64,000 nucleotides of DNA from the NCBI GenBank assembly GCA_024704765.1, contig JAKMXF010000365.1, positions 1-64,000 on the forward strand, in the 5' to 3' direction. The notes under the pieces are model-generated. The model had not been told where the DNA came from, did not search any database, and worked only from the letters and a program-made list of their open reading frames with translations. This stretch comes from Oopsacas minuta (taxonomy: Eukaryota; Animalia; Porifera). Each line of letters opens with the position of its first letter. The stretch's first letter is position 1. Of the stretch, positions 34,102 through 47,341 are shown piece by piece. Both the position numbers and the translations under genes were made by a program.

Positions 34102-35037
34102 ATGCTACACCTGCTATATGTTACTCTGACAATAACGGTACTATCGGTCACCTGTCAAATGCCTAGACCCCTCTGGAAATGGTCCCAATCCTCTTCCTCC
34201 CATCTCAACTACTCGGTACCTGACAGTTCCTCTAACGCAGAGTACAATGGTATGAACTCCTGCGGTGGAGGAGGGGACTCCCGGGTCTCCTGGTCCTGTC
34301 CTCACATGATGCTCCTCTCTCCGGATATGCAGTATGCGGCACAAACAGATAACATTCCATGGGCCTTATACGGTGTCGCAGGAATAGGACAATCGTCTGA
34401 CTGCGGGAAATGCTACCAGTTACAGCTGAATAACGCAGGTACTCCTGTGAGGACATATATTGTACAAGCGGTTAACACGGGATCAGATGTGTCTAGCGGA
34501 CAGTTTGACGTACTCGTAGGGGCGGGAGGGTTCGGGATATTTAACGGGTGTGCCTCTGATTGTAAATACGGACAGACCTGTTCTGGGGGTCACTGTAACT
34601 ACCCACAATATACCGGGAACTTCCAAGCCTGGACACCTGATGGGAACTGTTATGGGGGAGGAGTACATGACCCCAATGGGTGCAATAACCTTATTACAAC
34701 CCCATCGGGACAGCAATCATTCGCAGAGGAGACTCTAATCTACGGATGTAAGACCGCTATCCAACAAGGATACCATCAGAACTTTAAAGTCAATTACAAG
34801 CGAGTAGCTTGTCCCAGATCTCTATACCTAGTTACCGGTATTAAGTCTAGGAATGATGACGCCCTCCTGGACCAACCTAGCCCCTTTCTAGCTCTAGACG
34901 GTACAGGACAGGCTACTACTACCATGGACTGCTGTAAACCTACTTGTGCATGGAGACAGAATATAGGAAGGTACACCGTACCTGAATTCCCTAGTCTATA
35001 TGTGTGTGATAAGAATGGTTACCCTCTTACCAATTAG
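34102..35037 (+). CDS. Secreted GH45 endoglucanase-like protein, intronless, apparently circularly permuted (311 aa)
   Basis: Signal peptide MLHLLYVTLTITVLSVTC. GH45 motifs: CGKCYQL..IVQAVNTGSDV..GQFDVLVGAGGFGIFNGC..KRVACPRSL..TG..RNDD, then TTTMDCCKPTCAW..VCD at the C-terminus. Confidence 0.85.
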   Translation: MLHLLYVTLTITVLSVTCQMPRPLWKWSQSSSSHLNYSVPDSSSNAEYNGMNSCGGGGDSRVSWSCPHMMLLSPDMQYAAQTDNIPWALYGVAGIGQSSDCGKCYQLQLNNAGTPVRTYIVQAVNTGSDVSSGQFDVLVGAGGFGIFNGCASDCKYGQTCSGGHCNYPQYTGNFQAWTPDGNCYGGGVHDPNGCNNLITTPSGQQSFAEETLIYGCKTAIQQGYHQNFKVNYKRVACPRSLYLVTGIKSRNDDALLDQPSPFLALDGTGQATTTMDCCKPTCAWRQNIGRYTVPEFPSLYVCDKNGYPLTN

Positions 35038-35403
35038 TGATTAGTGGAGAAGGTGTTTATATGTATATACCTGTTATAATTAAATTATAGAGTAATCATC
35101 TATTATTTATGGGGTAGCACCGTTACTATATTATGAAAATCAGCTGATTATGTTATTTACTATTTAGGAAAGTGAAACAATTCTCAGATCTATTTGTATA
35201 ACTATATATTCCATCTGTCCGATATATACTACTCAACCTGGATACAGGCCTGTAGACACAGACATTATGTAACACTGCAGTTTTGTGGGGTCTTTATTTA
35301 CTTATAATATTCTATTATAACTCCTTATAATTAATCCCTTATACTACTGGATCCTCCTCGGGGCGGTTACAGGGATATTATTAATCACATGTCCTGTTAG
35401 CAA

Positions 35404-35853
35404 ATGGCTACTCAATCCTCTGACAAGGAGGAGACAGATCTCGAGTCTCTCATGCAACATCTCTCTGAGGACAAGAAAGCCCCTAAGGGACGGAAAGAGG
35501 AACTGTTAGAAGACCCCTTCCCCCTAGCTAAGATTCTAAAATCAGCTAGCTCCCTCCTTGTAGTGCTGATCCTATCTCTAGCTTGTGTAGCTGCCTTTAT
35601 ATCAAGATTATTTGCTGTTATAAGATTTGAGTCTATTATTCACGAATTTGATCCATGGTTTGTTTGTTTGTTTGTTTGTTTGTTTGTTTGTTTATTTGTT
35701 TACTTGTTTATTACTTGTTTACAGGTTCAACTATAGAGCTACTCATTACATGGTAAACAAAGGATTCTACAACTTCCTGAATTGGTTCGATGAGAGAGCT
35801 TGGTACCCTCTTGGCAGGATCGTAGGAGGAACTGTGAGATATATTATTATTTG

Positions 35854-35888
<35 letters not shown>

Positions 35889-38800
35889 TACATATCCTGA
35901 TAGGTATATCCTGGCTTGATGCTTACCAGCGGATTAATACACTACATACTTAACTCCCTACACATAACAATACATATAAGAGATGTATGTGTGTTCTTAG
36001 CTCCGATATTCAGGTATTATTATATCCATGGTGCATGCTATATAGAATAGTAGTTACGTAATTTGTGACATAATTGAGTTCCAGTTACAGTACCAATATA
36101 GCATTTACAATATATAATATTCTTATAGTGGCCTTACAGCTATTGCTATGTTCTTAATGACCAGAGAGGTATGGAGTACAGGAGCTGGTCTATTAGCTGC
36201 TGCCTGCATGTCTATAGGTATTATACAATCTATTACCGTATTATAGAACCAGGGATATATTGGGGAAGGAATTTCTTTATCTTAATATTTGGATTATGTA
36301 ACTATTATATCGAGGTGTGAAATTGTACAAATATGGTCCCAAACCGTCAAAGTAAGATAATTCCATTGGATCGCTTGAACTTAGATATAATTAACAGAGT
36401 TAAATAAAATTTTAATTATTTATTCATTCTAATTATAGCTACTCTTATTCTAAATATAGAAATTTATTAATCGTTGTTCTGTATCCGATATTTGGCTTTA
36501 GTTCCAGGTAATAACACCTATTGTATTTATAGTTCCAGGTTACATATCTCGGTCAGTAGCTGGTTCTTATGACAACGAGGGTATAGCTATATTCGCTCTT
36601 CTGTTCACATACTTCTTATGGGTGAGTAATAAATAAATAAATAATAACAAATAATAAATACAAACACAAATATTATTCTCTTTTCTTTCTGAATTTGCTC
36701 TTCAACTTCTTTTTTGTAAATCTTATAATTTTGCTTCTGTTTTTTGAATTACACCCGGAATGTAAACAAACTAGACAACAAGGTAATATGAAAAACAATA
36801 ACAAAACAGAACTAATAATAATTAATCCACCCTTGTCCCTCTCCTCAAATGCAGCTGTACTATTTACTCGTCTGTAGAATATAAAGTGATTACACTGATT
36901 CTGTATTAGTGTATTGTTTATTGTTTCTGTTGATATTAGGTTCCTGTTTAAGAAACACCTTCCTACTTCTTCCACGATAAATTCTAAAAAGGTGTTATGA
37001 ATTATAAACAGAGGAACATATCTCATGACCAATTATGGTCGTTATGTACCGATTAGTTAACAAATATGGCCTACAGGGGTGCAAATTGCCCCATGTTCCC
37101 CTAGGGTTATAAAATATATTATTTACATGTTTATTGATAAACTTACGAGAATAACAAAACTCTGTCAACAACAACAACAACAACAACAATAATATCCAAA
37201 TAATACTAATTTTCATTTTCTATTCTGTAATTTTCCTAGTATTTATGAGCAGAGGAATGCCTAATCTGTTTATCATTGACACTTATAATCAGTTATTGTT
37301 TGATCAATCACTACTCAATTAGATCCTATTCATCTTACATTCCTTAGATCTACCTTAGTTACCGGATATAACACTATTTGAAAAGTATTTATGATTAGAA
37401 GTACTAATATTTCCTGTTTTAATGAATATTGTTTATAGTTACGATCTGTGAAGACAGGATCTGTATTCTGGGCTACCTCATGTGCTATATCTTACTTCTA
37501 CATGGTAGGACATATTTTCACACCTCTCGTATGCATATATTTATAATATGAATATTCTGTAGGTGTCGGCATGGGGAGGCTATGTTTTCATAATAAACCT
37601 TATACCACTTCACACATTTGTCTTAATACTCATGGGGAGGTTCTCTGTTCGTCTGTATGTAGGTAAGCGATAGTTCCAGTTGTTCACACGTCTCTAATGC
37701 TGTTATTTGATTGGTTCCTATATATCTATAGCTTATACAACATTCTTTATACTGGGTCTCATTATGTCAATGCAGGTTCCATTTGTTGGTTTTCAACCAA
37801 TCAGAACCAGTGAGCACATGGCAGCAGCTGGTTAGTTACCATGGTTACGAATTTTTACACAAATATGTGATATATTATATTATTATAGGAGTATTTGCAT
37901 TAATTAATGCGTATGCATTCCTTGATTACGTCAGAGGATTAGTAACTAAGAGAGAATTCACACTCCTTTTCTATTTTATGGTTCTGGTATGTGCAGGTGT
38001 TGTGTTCCTAGCTGTATTGGTTCTTACATGGAGTGGTTAGTTACGATATTTTCATATGATTAATTACAGCTTTTATTGTTATTTGTATTTGCAGGTTATG
38101 TGGCGCCCTGGAGTGGCAGATTCTACTCCTTATGGGATACAGGTTACGCAAAGATTCATATTCCAATCATAGCATCTGTATCAGAGCATCAGCCTACTAC
38201 CTGGGCCTCTTTCTTCTTTGATTTACATATTCTTATCTGTGTATTCCCGTCTGGTATATGGATAGTGTTACGGAAGATTACTGATGAGAGAATATTCTGT
38301 AAGTTATGGACCAGAGATATATAATTCCGTCATCATGATGGTATTTATAACAGCTGTTACCTATCAGGGGTCCACAGGATCTCACTTGTATTGCAGTCTA
38401 TAGGAGGGAACTGCTGCTCTATAATCTCACTAATCCATGGTCTGCTATTACATATATCTAAGGTGTTATAATATGATTAATCTCTAGTGGTGCTGTATGG
38501 AGTATTTGCTGCGTATTTCGCTGGTGTTATGGTCAGATTAATGCTTACTTTCACACCTATTGTATGCTGTCTGGGCGCTATAGCTATATCTCAAACTCTG
38601 ACACAAAACTTCTCTTCTGAAGAAGCTAAGGATACAGAACATTCCAATAAGCCTAAACCTGTTGCTAAGGTAATTCACTTTGAGAATATTGTCAGAATAA
38701 TTGAGATATTAAGGTGTGAAATATTTGTTGTTGTTTACCGTATATATTCTGACTAATAACAGCAAATAATCATCTCGTTATGAGAGAACTATTTACTTGT

Positions 38801-40143
38801 ATCTTGTCTAATAGACGCGCCAGAAAGGTGCGAACAGAGACAAGAGAGAGGACACAACACCTGAGGAACTAGATACACATGATGACTACTTAAATTCCGG
38901 TACTAAGAACTTCGTTGTCATGGCAATAGCTCTCATCCTAATGTTATTTACGGTACATTGTACTTGGGTAACATCCAATGCTTACTCCAGTCCATCTATC
39001 GTACTAGCTACTCAAGGTTCAGATGGGTGAGTTCCTACAGTGTGTAATTCAGACATTCCTATTCATATATCCCGTATCTAGGAGCCGTATGATCCTGGAT
39101 GACTTTAGGGAGGCCTACTTCTGGTTGAGTCAGAATACAGCTGAGGATGCTACCGTGATGTCCTGGTGGGATTATGGGTACCAGATAGCTGGCATGGGTA
39201 ACAGAACTACTCTAGTGGATAACAACACCTGGAATAATAGTCACATAGCTCTGGTATAATTCTATTTATAGTAATAATATTATATAGCAATTATTACATT
39301 ACATTCTATCTATCTTGTAGGTAGGTATGGCTATGTCCTCCCCTGAGGAGAGGGCTTACAAGATAATGAGGAAATTAGGTGTGAACTATGTGCTAGCTAT
39401 ATTTGGAGGGTTTATTGGTTACTCAGGTGATGACATCAATAAATTCTTATGGATGGTGCGTATAGCACAAGGAGAACATCCCTCTGTTATAAAGGTATAT
39501 CCTAGCAACACATATTAAGGATAGGAATGTTATGATTATGTATAAACAGGAATCTGATTATTTCACACAAAATGGAGAGTTTAGAGTAGACAGTGAGGGA
39601 GCACCTACCCTCCTCAACTGTTTGATGTATAAGATGTGCTATTATAGATTTGGTGAAATACAGGTTTGTTTATTTACTTGTTTGTTTGTTAGTTTGTGTT
39701 GTTTGTTTATTGTTGTTTATCTGTTAGTTTGACTCCAGGAATCCTAGTGGATTTGACAGGACTAGGAATGTTGAGATTGGTAACAAAGATATTTCTTTTA
39801 AACATTTGGAGGAAGCATATACTACTGAACATTGGCTAGTCAGGATATACAAGTTTGTTTACTTGTTTGTTTGTTTACTTGTTTGTTTACTTGTTTACTG
39901 TTTAGAGTCAAAGATCCCTCCAACAGGATAGTAGACGACGATGCTAAAATTACATTTAGAAATAAGAAGACTAAATATAGTCCTTCCACTAAGGTAGCTT
40001 AATCATATGATATTTTATTATCACCTATGATCCCTGTGTTCCTATAGAAGTATGGTAAGAGGAAAGGAATTGTACCTGATAAACTGAAGGTGACAAAAGG
40101 TAAATCATACAAACAGCTGACGGGTAAAAAGGTCAGACAGTAG
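35404..40143 (+). CDS. STT3B: Oligosaccharyltransferase catalytic subunit STT3B, multi-exon
   Basis: [43 protein letters not shown] (B-type residues), [49 protein letters not shown] and a basic tail. Confidence 0.96.
36673..37216 (-). CDS. Nested antisense gene in an STT3B intron: small type-I membrane glycoprotein (126 aa, 2 exons)
   Basis: Exon 37216-37147 (donor GTAAGT) plus exon 36983-36673 (acceptor TTTTTAG) splice in frame: [80 protein letters not shown]. Confidence 0.55.
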
Positions 40144-40529
40144 AGATTAGTTAGAGAATATTTTGGATAATTTAGTATATTTATAAATAATAATAATTGT
40201 TATAATTCTATCAGAATATGAAGTGTCGCCTGCTGGAGCGATAATATAAGTGGTATCAGTGACACTATTCTCTCTAACACCTGTGTAAATACATAATCAT
40301 GTAAGGTGTTATACGAACTAATCAGCTGATACGTATTTACTATAATCAGATATTCATGACACTGCTTAATCCGATTGGTCAAATGTCAAAATCTCCCATC
40401 TACCCCACATTCCTATTACTCATTAATATCACCCCGTAGACAGCAATACTGTTCTACTCCTTCCAATATATTCATTAACACTAGTGTAACATAACAATAC
40501 ATATAGTGTATACTAATACTGACAGCTAT

Positions 40530-42163
40530 CTACTTCCTTCCGTCCCTCTCTGTCTCATCCTCTTCCAGTAGATAGGCCGCTCTGTACTCATCTGTTCCTG
40601 GTATTCTAAGAGCAGGGTTCTTAAATGTTGTCCCCCTCTCCCCTAGAGACGTGTACCCTTGGTCATATAGGGTACAATAAGGTACCTTATGTTCCCAAAT
40701 GAATGTCCATATGTCTCTATAGCTCCAGGTTAATATAGGCATAACTCGCATGAAATTTGGCCAATCCCTGTCCGTACTTTGAAAGGTGTGAAGTCTGTCT
40801 GAATGAGGGTCGATATTCCTTGTACCCATGAGTATAGCTCTTATATTTGGGTACTTATCTCTAAATTCAGTTAACACCTTTTTCATGTTCCCCTGTAGCA
40901 GTACGATATTCAGTTTGTTATCTTTTTTTGTCTGTTCTATGAATTCTTCAATTTCTGGGAATGTTTCTCCTGTGTTGATGTTTAATATTATAATATTTGA
41001 TAACTTCCTGCCGCTCTGTGTCATTACTATCTTAACCAGATACAGCAGGACCGTACAGTCCTTACCTCCGTTAAATGCTATGCAAAATTCCTCGTCAGAA
41101 TATATCACACAAATATTTTGTATTACTTTAATCGCTTCTTTCAATTTTATGTCAAATAATTTCAATTTTTCCGTTTGAAATATTTCTTTTGATTTTGATT
41201 CAATTTTATTTTCTAATCTCACTTGATATTCTGGAAATAAATTTGTTTGTATTTCAGTAACACATTTCTGTAAACAATCTTTGTTTACAGAATCAATTGT
41301 CAGTTTAGTTATATATTCTTCACACTTCACAGGATACGATCCTATCTCAACTTTTCCTTCCCATTTATTTTGAATTTCTTGTAACTTTTCTGCTAATAAC
41401 AATTCATAAGAATTAAAATAAATTTCTTTACAAAAGAATTCAATATTTCCTTTGAAGTAATCCTTGCATTCTTCAAATACTTTCTTGACATATTCTGGTA
41501 TCCCTGGAAACACAAATATGTTGTTTAACTTAATTAGTGGGAACCAGCTGACCAATAGATTATTAGCGCCAAAATACACCTACAAATATACACACATTAA
41601 AATGCTAGCGAGATCATTTGTGTAATAAATTTTGCATAACAACCTCAGATCCTTTTGGAATGTTAGCCATCCTACTCTCCCTGGCCTGAGTATCGTTTAG
41701 TCCTACATTCCTAAGGTATTCCACTAATCTACTGTCTGTACACATATCTCTCTGCATTCCTTTACCCACTCCTGCAAACGTTACGTCATCATGAGTGGGC
41801 CCTACTCCTCCTAGATACAGCTATGATAAATTGATGAAGTCAAATATCTTAAGCAGATATCCCATTGGTTAAATTTATTTACTAAAAGGTGTGAAAATAT
41901 GAACTTTAGACCAATTCCTTACCCAGGTATCTCCCCCCTATTATACCTGTAGTTATGACGTAATCATATTGTGTAGCTAGCTCTTTAACACTATCAGCTA
42001 TAACATCAATAACATCCGGTATAGTTAGTATCCTATGAGTACGTATACCCCTCTTGAACAGCTGATTAGTTAGGTACACAGAATTAGAATCCTGCACTCG
42101 TCCCTTCAATATTTCATCCCCTATAATAACTAGCGCAGCTGAGGGAGAGATCTGATTGGTCAT
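40530..42163 (-). CDS. FLAD1: FAD synthase (molybdopterin-binding/CinA-like domain + PAPS-reductase-like FAD synthase domain), 3 exons
   Basis: AALVIIGDEILKGRVQDSNS, TTGGVGPTHDDVT, IAFNGGKDCTVLL, MGTRNIDP, MRVMPILTWSY..YDQGYTSLG..T..NPAL..ERDGR. Confidence 0.95.
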
Positions 42164-43071
42164 CTGTAAGCACACGTTTCTATAAATAGCAGTGAATTAT
42201 AATTATTTCTACTTCATTTTTTGTATAGGAACTGCTAATTGTCCCAACACCTCATGGGTCAAGTGGATAATTAGAGGATATACACAATTTATAGGCTAGT
42301 TTTGTTGGACAGTTAGGAAGTATTCTTTAGAATATCTTGCAATATGTAACCATGGCAACTAGCATTGTCTTACGGTATCTTAGACTATTCCATAAGGGTT
42401 AATTAGAATTATTCCTTATTATTTCTCATTACTTATGAATTTGTTATTTATTATTCTTCCTAACAGCAGAATTGTTAAATTTCTCTCTGATACAATCATT
42501 AATTTTCAAGCAGTAGTGGTCAGAGAATTACTTTGATATGACGGGAGTTAACTGTACGTACAGTTAACTTCCGTAATATCAACACATCAATAAATCGAAA
42601 GGGTGTAGACTGTATTTATATGATTTCTATTGATATTGATTACACTGTTTTCTTATCATTTTTTGCCTCTCATTTCCTATAATGATTTCTCCATTCAATA
42701 GATAATTATCATCTCACGTAATTTATTCGAACAGATTGTGAATCTCAATTATGAGATATCATATTAATTATCTAAAGTAATCCACACTCATAGTATGTAG
42801 ATATCTCATGTTTATTACATGTGTACTCTCAATAACCTCGAATATAACAAGTAATTATTTGTTGTTTGCTTGTATGATTTATTTGAGATAAATAAATAAA
42901 TAAATAAATTCAGTAAGGTGCTAAGTTGTTAAGATCAGCTGGTTATTAATGTATTTTGGTTGTGTGTGTATAATTGATTGAAGAACTGGCAAGAGCTACA
43001 AACTTAAAACTCATATATATACACCTCCGAGTAAGGAATCTGTACATTGAGCTGCTTAAACCCGTTTAGAG

Positions 43072-43458
43072 ATGGGAAGGAAGTCTGATATTATTGGGTA
43101 TGTCAAGACTTTAGATGACTATAAGACTAGATTATCGCTGAGAACTTTACTGGCTTTGTTACAGAAGGAAGATGTATTTATTCGAATAGAAGCAATCGAC
43201 CTCAACATCATATTGAGGTCTGTTCCTGAGATCAGCAAGGCTCAGGCCGATAAGATTAAGAAACATAAAAGGCTTTTGAGGAAGAGGGTTGCCAAGAAAG
43301 GCTTTGAAGATCGTACGAAGGTTCGATACACAGATTTGAAACGAGGAATAGAATCTTTAACTTTGGATAAGAAAAGATTGTTGGAAGAGAAACTTGGTTT
43401 GCAAAATGAAGTTAGAGTATTTTCCAGAAATATTATCCTGGAAGGTGTCGCTAGTTAG
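43072..43458 (+). CDS. Divergent Maf-like bZIP protein 1 (128 aa, intronless)
   Basis: Maf extended-homology-like EDVFIRIEAIDLNIILR, basic region KIKKHKRLLRKRVAKKGFEDR and a leucine heptad zipper. TATATATA lies ~55 bp upstream. Confidence 0.65.
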   Translation: MGRKSDIIGYVKTLDDYKTRLSLRTLLALLQKEDVFIRIEAIDLNIILRSVPEISKAQADKIKKHKRLLRKRVAKKGFEDRTKVRYTDLKRGIESLTLDKKRLLEEKLGLQNEVRVFSRNIILEGVAS

Positions 43459-44323
43459 AGTTATACTTCCTGTTAGCGGTTAACTATCTTCCCCGCAATA
43501 TTTGTTAGTGAATTGCTGTTTATTGTTTCCTGTTGTTTATCTTTGAGCTTTTTGCAATTTCCTTTTCCAGCTGCTCTCTGTTGTAGAATTAATATTATTT
43601 TGTACAATCAACTACTTAAGATGAGACCGTTTAGAGGTGTTACTCCATCTGAAGGGCTTATTAATTGAATTAGTATCCCATGTGTTAGTAACCATCTTTC
43701 TATTACTGCCACTTTTGTTGTGACAGTTTAGCAGTTCCCTCTAATTTACAAATACACCCATAACAAATATTCATTAATTTCTATCATACAAACTTTCCTA
43801 TTTTTACTACAGTCTACCTCGACAACATTACTGGCTAGTTGGTATGCATACTAATTTGCTAGTTGAAAGAGGAACATTTCTCTCTGCGCTTACCCCCTCT
43901 CATCTTATGATGTGAGGCAATTAATCCAGAGGCACATTCCTTTATCTGAACATGGTATCTAGGTTGTGCGATTTAATGAGCTAATCAGTTAATTATATTA
44001 GTTGTAAAGTTAAAATACAATTTCATGACGTCACTTTATTTGCCTAAAATTCCTTCCATGAATAGCTGTATCCATGGTATTTGCTATATTTATAAGATCT
44101 AAACTGTAACCATAACGATGACGTCACCATTGCGGAGTGATGGTGACATATCTAATTTTAAAGAGATAGAACAGTGCCAGATCGTGAGGACGGCACCTGG
44201 TTCAGCTTTTAATATGTTTGCCAACTAACCTTCCAAATTATCAGAGTATGGTGTAATTCAAATCTACCATGGATAAGAATTCCATGATGAGGTGTATGAA
44301 TTCTATTATTTCATACACACATA

Positions 44324-44460
44324 CACTGAATGCCGGTTATAAGATCATCGTCGGGAAATGAGCTTAGTGTTCTTATATCCGGTATAATATACAAGAATAT
44401 ATGAGAACTGTTTCTGAAGATGGCTTTTGTAACCGGTGTTCTTATATCCGGCATCTACTG
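44324..44460. mobile_element. Tc1/mariner-pogo-type MITE, 137 bp, ~20-bp TIRs, TA flanks
   Basis: TA-CACTGAATGCCGGTTATAAG ... CTTATATCCGGCATCTACTG-TA (16/20 TIR match). Confidence 0.7.
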
Positions 44461-45159
44461 TATGAGCTGTTTGATAGTACAAAAATTTGTAAATTCTAAA
44501 ATACGTATTTCCATAAGGTAAGTATTATTTGTTGATTATTTGTTGATTATTTGTTGATTATTTGTTGATTATTTGTTAATTAAATAACTCAATTTGTATT
44601 TTGTTTAGTTAATAATATTTAATATAAATATTTGCATTTCATCGACAATCTGTGTTGCTATGGAATTATTAAATAATTATTTTAACACCTACTACAGTCT
44701 CAGAGCATTCATCTGTAATAATTAAGTCATTTCTATTCTCAGATTCATTTATTGGGGAAAGTTCTGATGGAATTTGACTGCTTTCTAGTTTCTATAATTA
44801 TAGTCAATTCCGGTTATATCTAAGCTCAAGGGACCGTGATGATTAGTTAGATATGGCCGATGGAATTATGTTACTTTGAAGGTTTGGGAGCATATTTGCA
44901 TACAATTTCACACTTCTATATATCCGTGTTAGATATAACGAGTTGATTGTACGAATATGTAAATGGGGTCACATTGGTCTAGTCCCCTCTTTAAGAACTC
45001 TGATTCTATTTTTAGATTAACACTTTGTTTATGTGAAAGATATTTTAAGCATTTTTAGTATATTATTGATCAGCAAAATATTGCATGCTTGGTTGCTTGG
45101 CTGGTTGCTATGCAAACATAATTAATAAGTGAAAATGTTGAATTTTTTGCTAATATTTT

Positions 45160-45690
45160 TCAAATCTTTCGATTCAATTTGATTTCAAATTCCTGAATTT
45201 CCTTAAGAAGGAAGTTCCTCTCTCTCTCTAAGCTCTCCTTCTCTTCCCTCAATAAACGTAGAGCTTCCATATCTGAGAACTCAAGGGTCCGGGTCTTGCT
45301 GTCCCATCCTCGCTTAGCCAATCGTTTCCGGAGTCTCCGTTTGTGTAGTTTCACTTCTGACACCTCTCTTTGAGAGAGGGAGACCTGTCTGAGTAGAGCA
45401 TTTAGAGATTTCGCCCCTATTATTCTGAGATCCTCCTCGTTGTTGAGAAGAGACAGTAGCTCTACGTAGGGAGAGCAGGTAGTCCCTGTGCGGGCTAGAC
45501 GGAGCTTCAGAGAGCTCAGACAGCATTTAGAGTCTGTACCTGTTTCGTATTGTGTCACACAATGTTCTGAAAATGTCAGCTGATTAGTGATGGAATGAAA
45601 TGTTAAATTTGTTTGATCTCCGTTTGAGAAGTTTGAATTAGGAAAATAACTCTGAAAGTCATTTTCTAAATTTACATAAAAGTCATCCAT
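45160..45690 (-). CDS. Divergent Maf-like bZIP protein 2a (176 aa, intronless)
   Basis: NEEDLRIIGAKSLNALLRQVSLSQREVSEVKLHKRRLRKRLAKRGWDSK plus zipper. TATAAAA on the minus strand at 45762-45768. Confidence 0.75.
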   Translation of the reverse strand: MDDFYVNLENDFQSYFPNSNFSNGDQTNLTFHSITNQLTFSEHCVTQYETGTDSKCCLSSLKLRLARTGTTCSPYVELLSLLNNEEDLRIIGAKSLNALLRQVSLSQREVSEVKLHKRRLRKRLAKRGWDSKTRTLEFSDMEALRLLREEKESLERERNFLLKEIQEFEIKLNRKI

Positions 45691-46840
45691 AATATATTAT
45701 TTGTTGTTATTATAATTATTATTATTCTAATTGTTGTTGTCTTTGTTTACATCTCTCCAGCTTTTATAGTAGAATATTTGACTGTTGATATTCGTTTTGT
45801 TAATGTGTCCGAATATATTTTCAATTCCATTTGTGCTTTCAATTTTCATTGAAGTTTATTGCTAATATACAAATATCTCTTAGATTATATTTAACAACAT
45901 TCCTACGTTACTATTTCGTATCTATGATATATGTGTGTGTGTGGACATATTTATGAGGATCATGTGCCGCTTGTAATCTGTAGTATCTTTCATTTCTAAC
46001 TTTACCATTTCTAAATAAGGATAAATATATTATTGAAAGTGAGATCGTTTCTTTCATTACTTTATTAATATACGTAGTTTTACTGGGTTATTTATATGTA
46101 CTTAACACCTATTTCAAGAATGGGGATGGTTCCATTTTAGCGGAGCAGCTGGACATGTAAACAGCTGATGTATCAATTAAGACATTTACTTGTGAATCTG
46201 TTTACTTTCAATATGAAGTGTTTGGTTTACATAATACTAACCATACAGGACGCCATGTCAAGCAAATAAACTTCTATATGAGCTATGGATTGTTTATCAC
46301 ACCAAATATTTATTTTTGCTTATTTACATATCATAATACAATCAATGATGCTATTTACTGGAAATTTGTTTGTCTATAATAATTATTGCATTCATAACAC
46401 CTGTGCATTATGGTTGCTAAGGACAATCCAGGTCGCTGATTCCTTATTTTTCTGTATCATTAACATTCATAACACGTATTTAACACTTTTATTAACACAG
46501 TTTCATCACTCTGAAGTGAAAGTAAATCTTGTATATTCATTAGTTTGTAAATCTACACTCTTATACGTAACACATGTATCCTCCTTCATGGGTGATGTAG
46601 ATATGTTCAAATTGTAAGCTATGCTTATTTAAGATATTTACAAATTAATGGTTAGTATATTGGTAGTCAGAGGTCATGAGGGAGACGTGTAGACACCTGC
46701 TTAATCCAGGAATTTTGGCCAGCACAGGGACTTTATCTGCCAGGGGCACTCCTGGGATCGCTCAGTTGTAACATAGTCTCATGGTCGACACTTTGTGTCC
46801 TTCATGGCTGCCGAATTGGTCGCAGAGGCAGCTCCAGCCT

Positions 46841-46960
46841 AGGGCGTAACTACCATTGAGACAGAGGACGCAGTTGCCTCATTTCCCTATAGTAATCGCC
46901 ATATATTGAGGCAAATATCCATCCTTGCCCCCTCGCTCTGGGATCTCTAGTTCCGCCCCA
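46841..46960. mobile_element. Possible short non-autonomous DNA element (Harbinger-like TIRs)
   Basis: AGGGCGTAACTA ... TAGTTCCGCCCC imperfect ~12-bp TIRs; no clear TSD. Confidence 0.35.
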
Positions 46961-47341
46961 GCCAGGTCTTAGAAATAGAATGAATAGTTGATAAACCAGA
47001 TTACCGAACAGACAGAAATATGTGAGATATATTAGACAGATTATTCGTGCTCGTCCATCTCCTGAGTTATAATTGTGAGAACTATGAAAGTGTTTAGATT
47101 CTTTCTGCCATTAATTTTGGAATTTTCAATTGGACAGAAGTTGTTCTTTTGTAAATGACCATTTTAGAATTGAATTTGTAGCCGAATAATTTCCAAAATT
47201 ATTTTCTCTTTCATTTTTCAAATTCATTCTATGTGTGTTGATGCCATAAATTCTGATTGGATACATAATCCAATGTCAGATATATAAGAGCGAAATTATT
47301 AGAAATTAACAACAAATACAAACAACAACAAATAATATATT

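Noticed and set aside
28245-34976. Opposite-strand or alternative-frame ORFs over filamin and GH45 (28245-28550, 31804-31986, 32549-32794, 34141-34976 set)
   Set aside because: Shadow ORFs of real coding exons.
36500-36540. Apparent 6-nt microexon (AG-TTCCAG-GT) in STT3B
   Set aside because: The following intron would be only 25 nt, and using the upstream acceptor alone shifts the frame. It is more likely a duplicated decoy acceptor.
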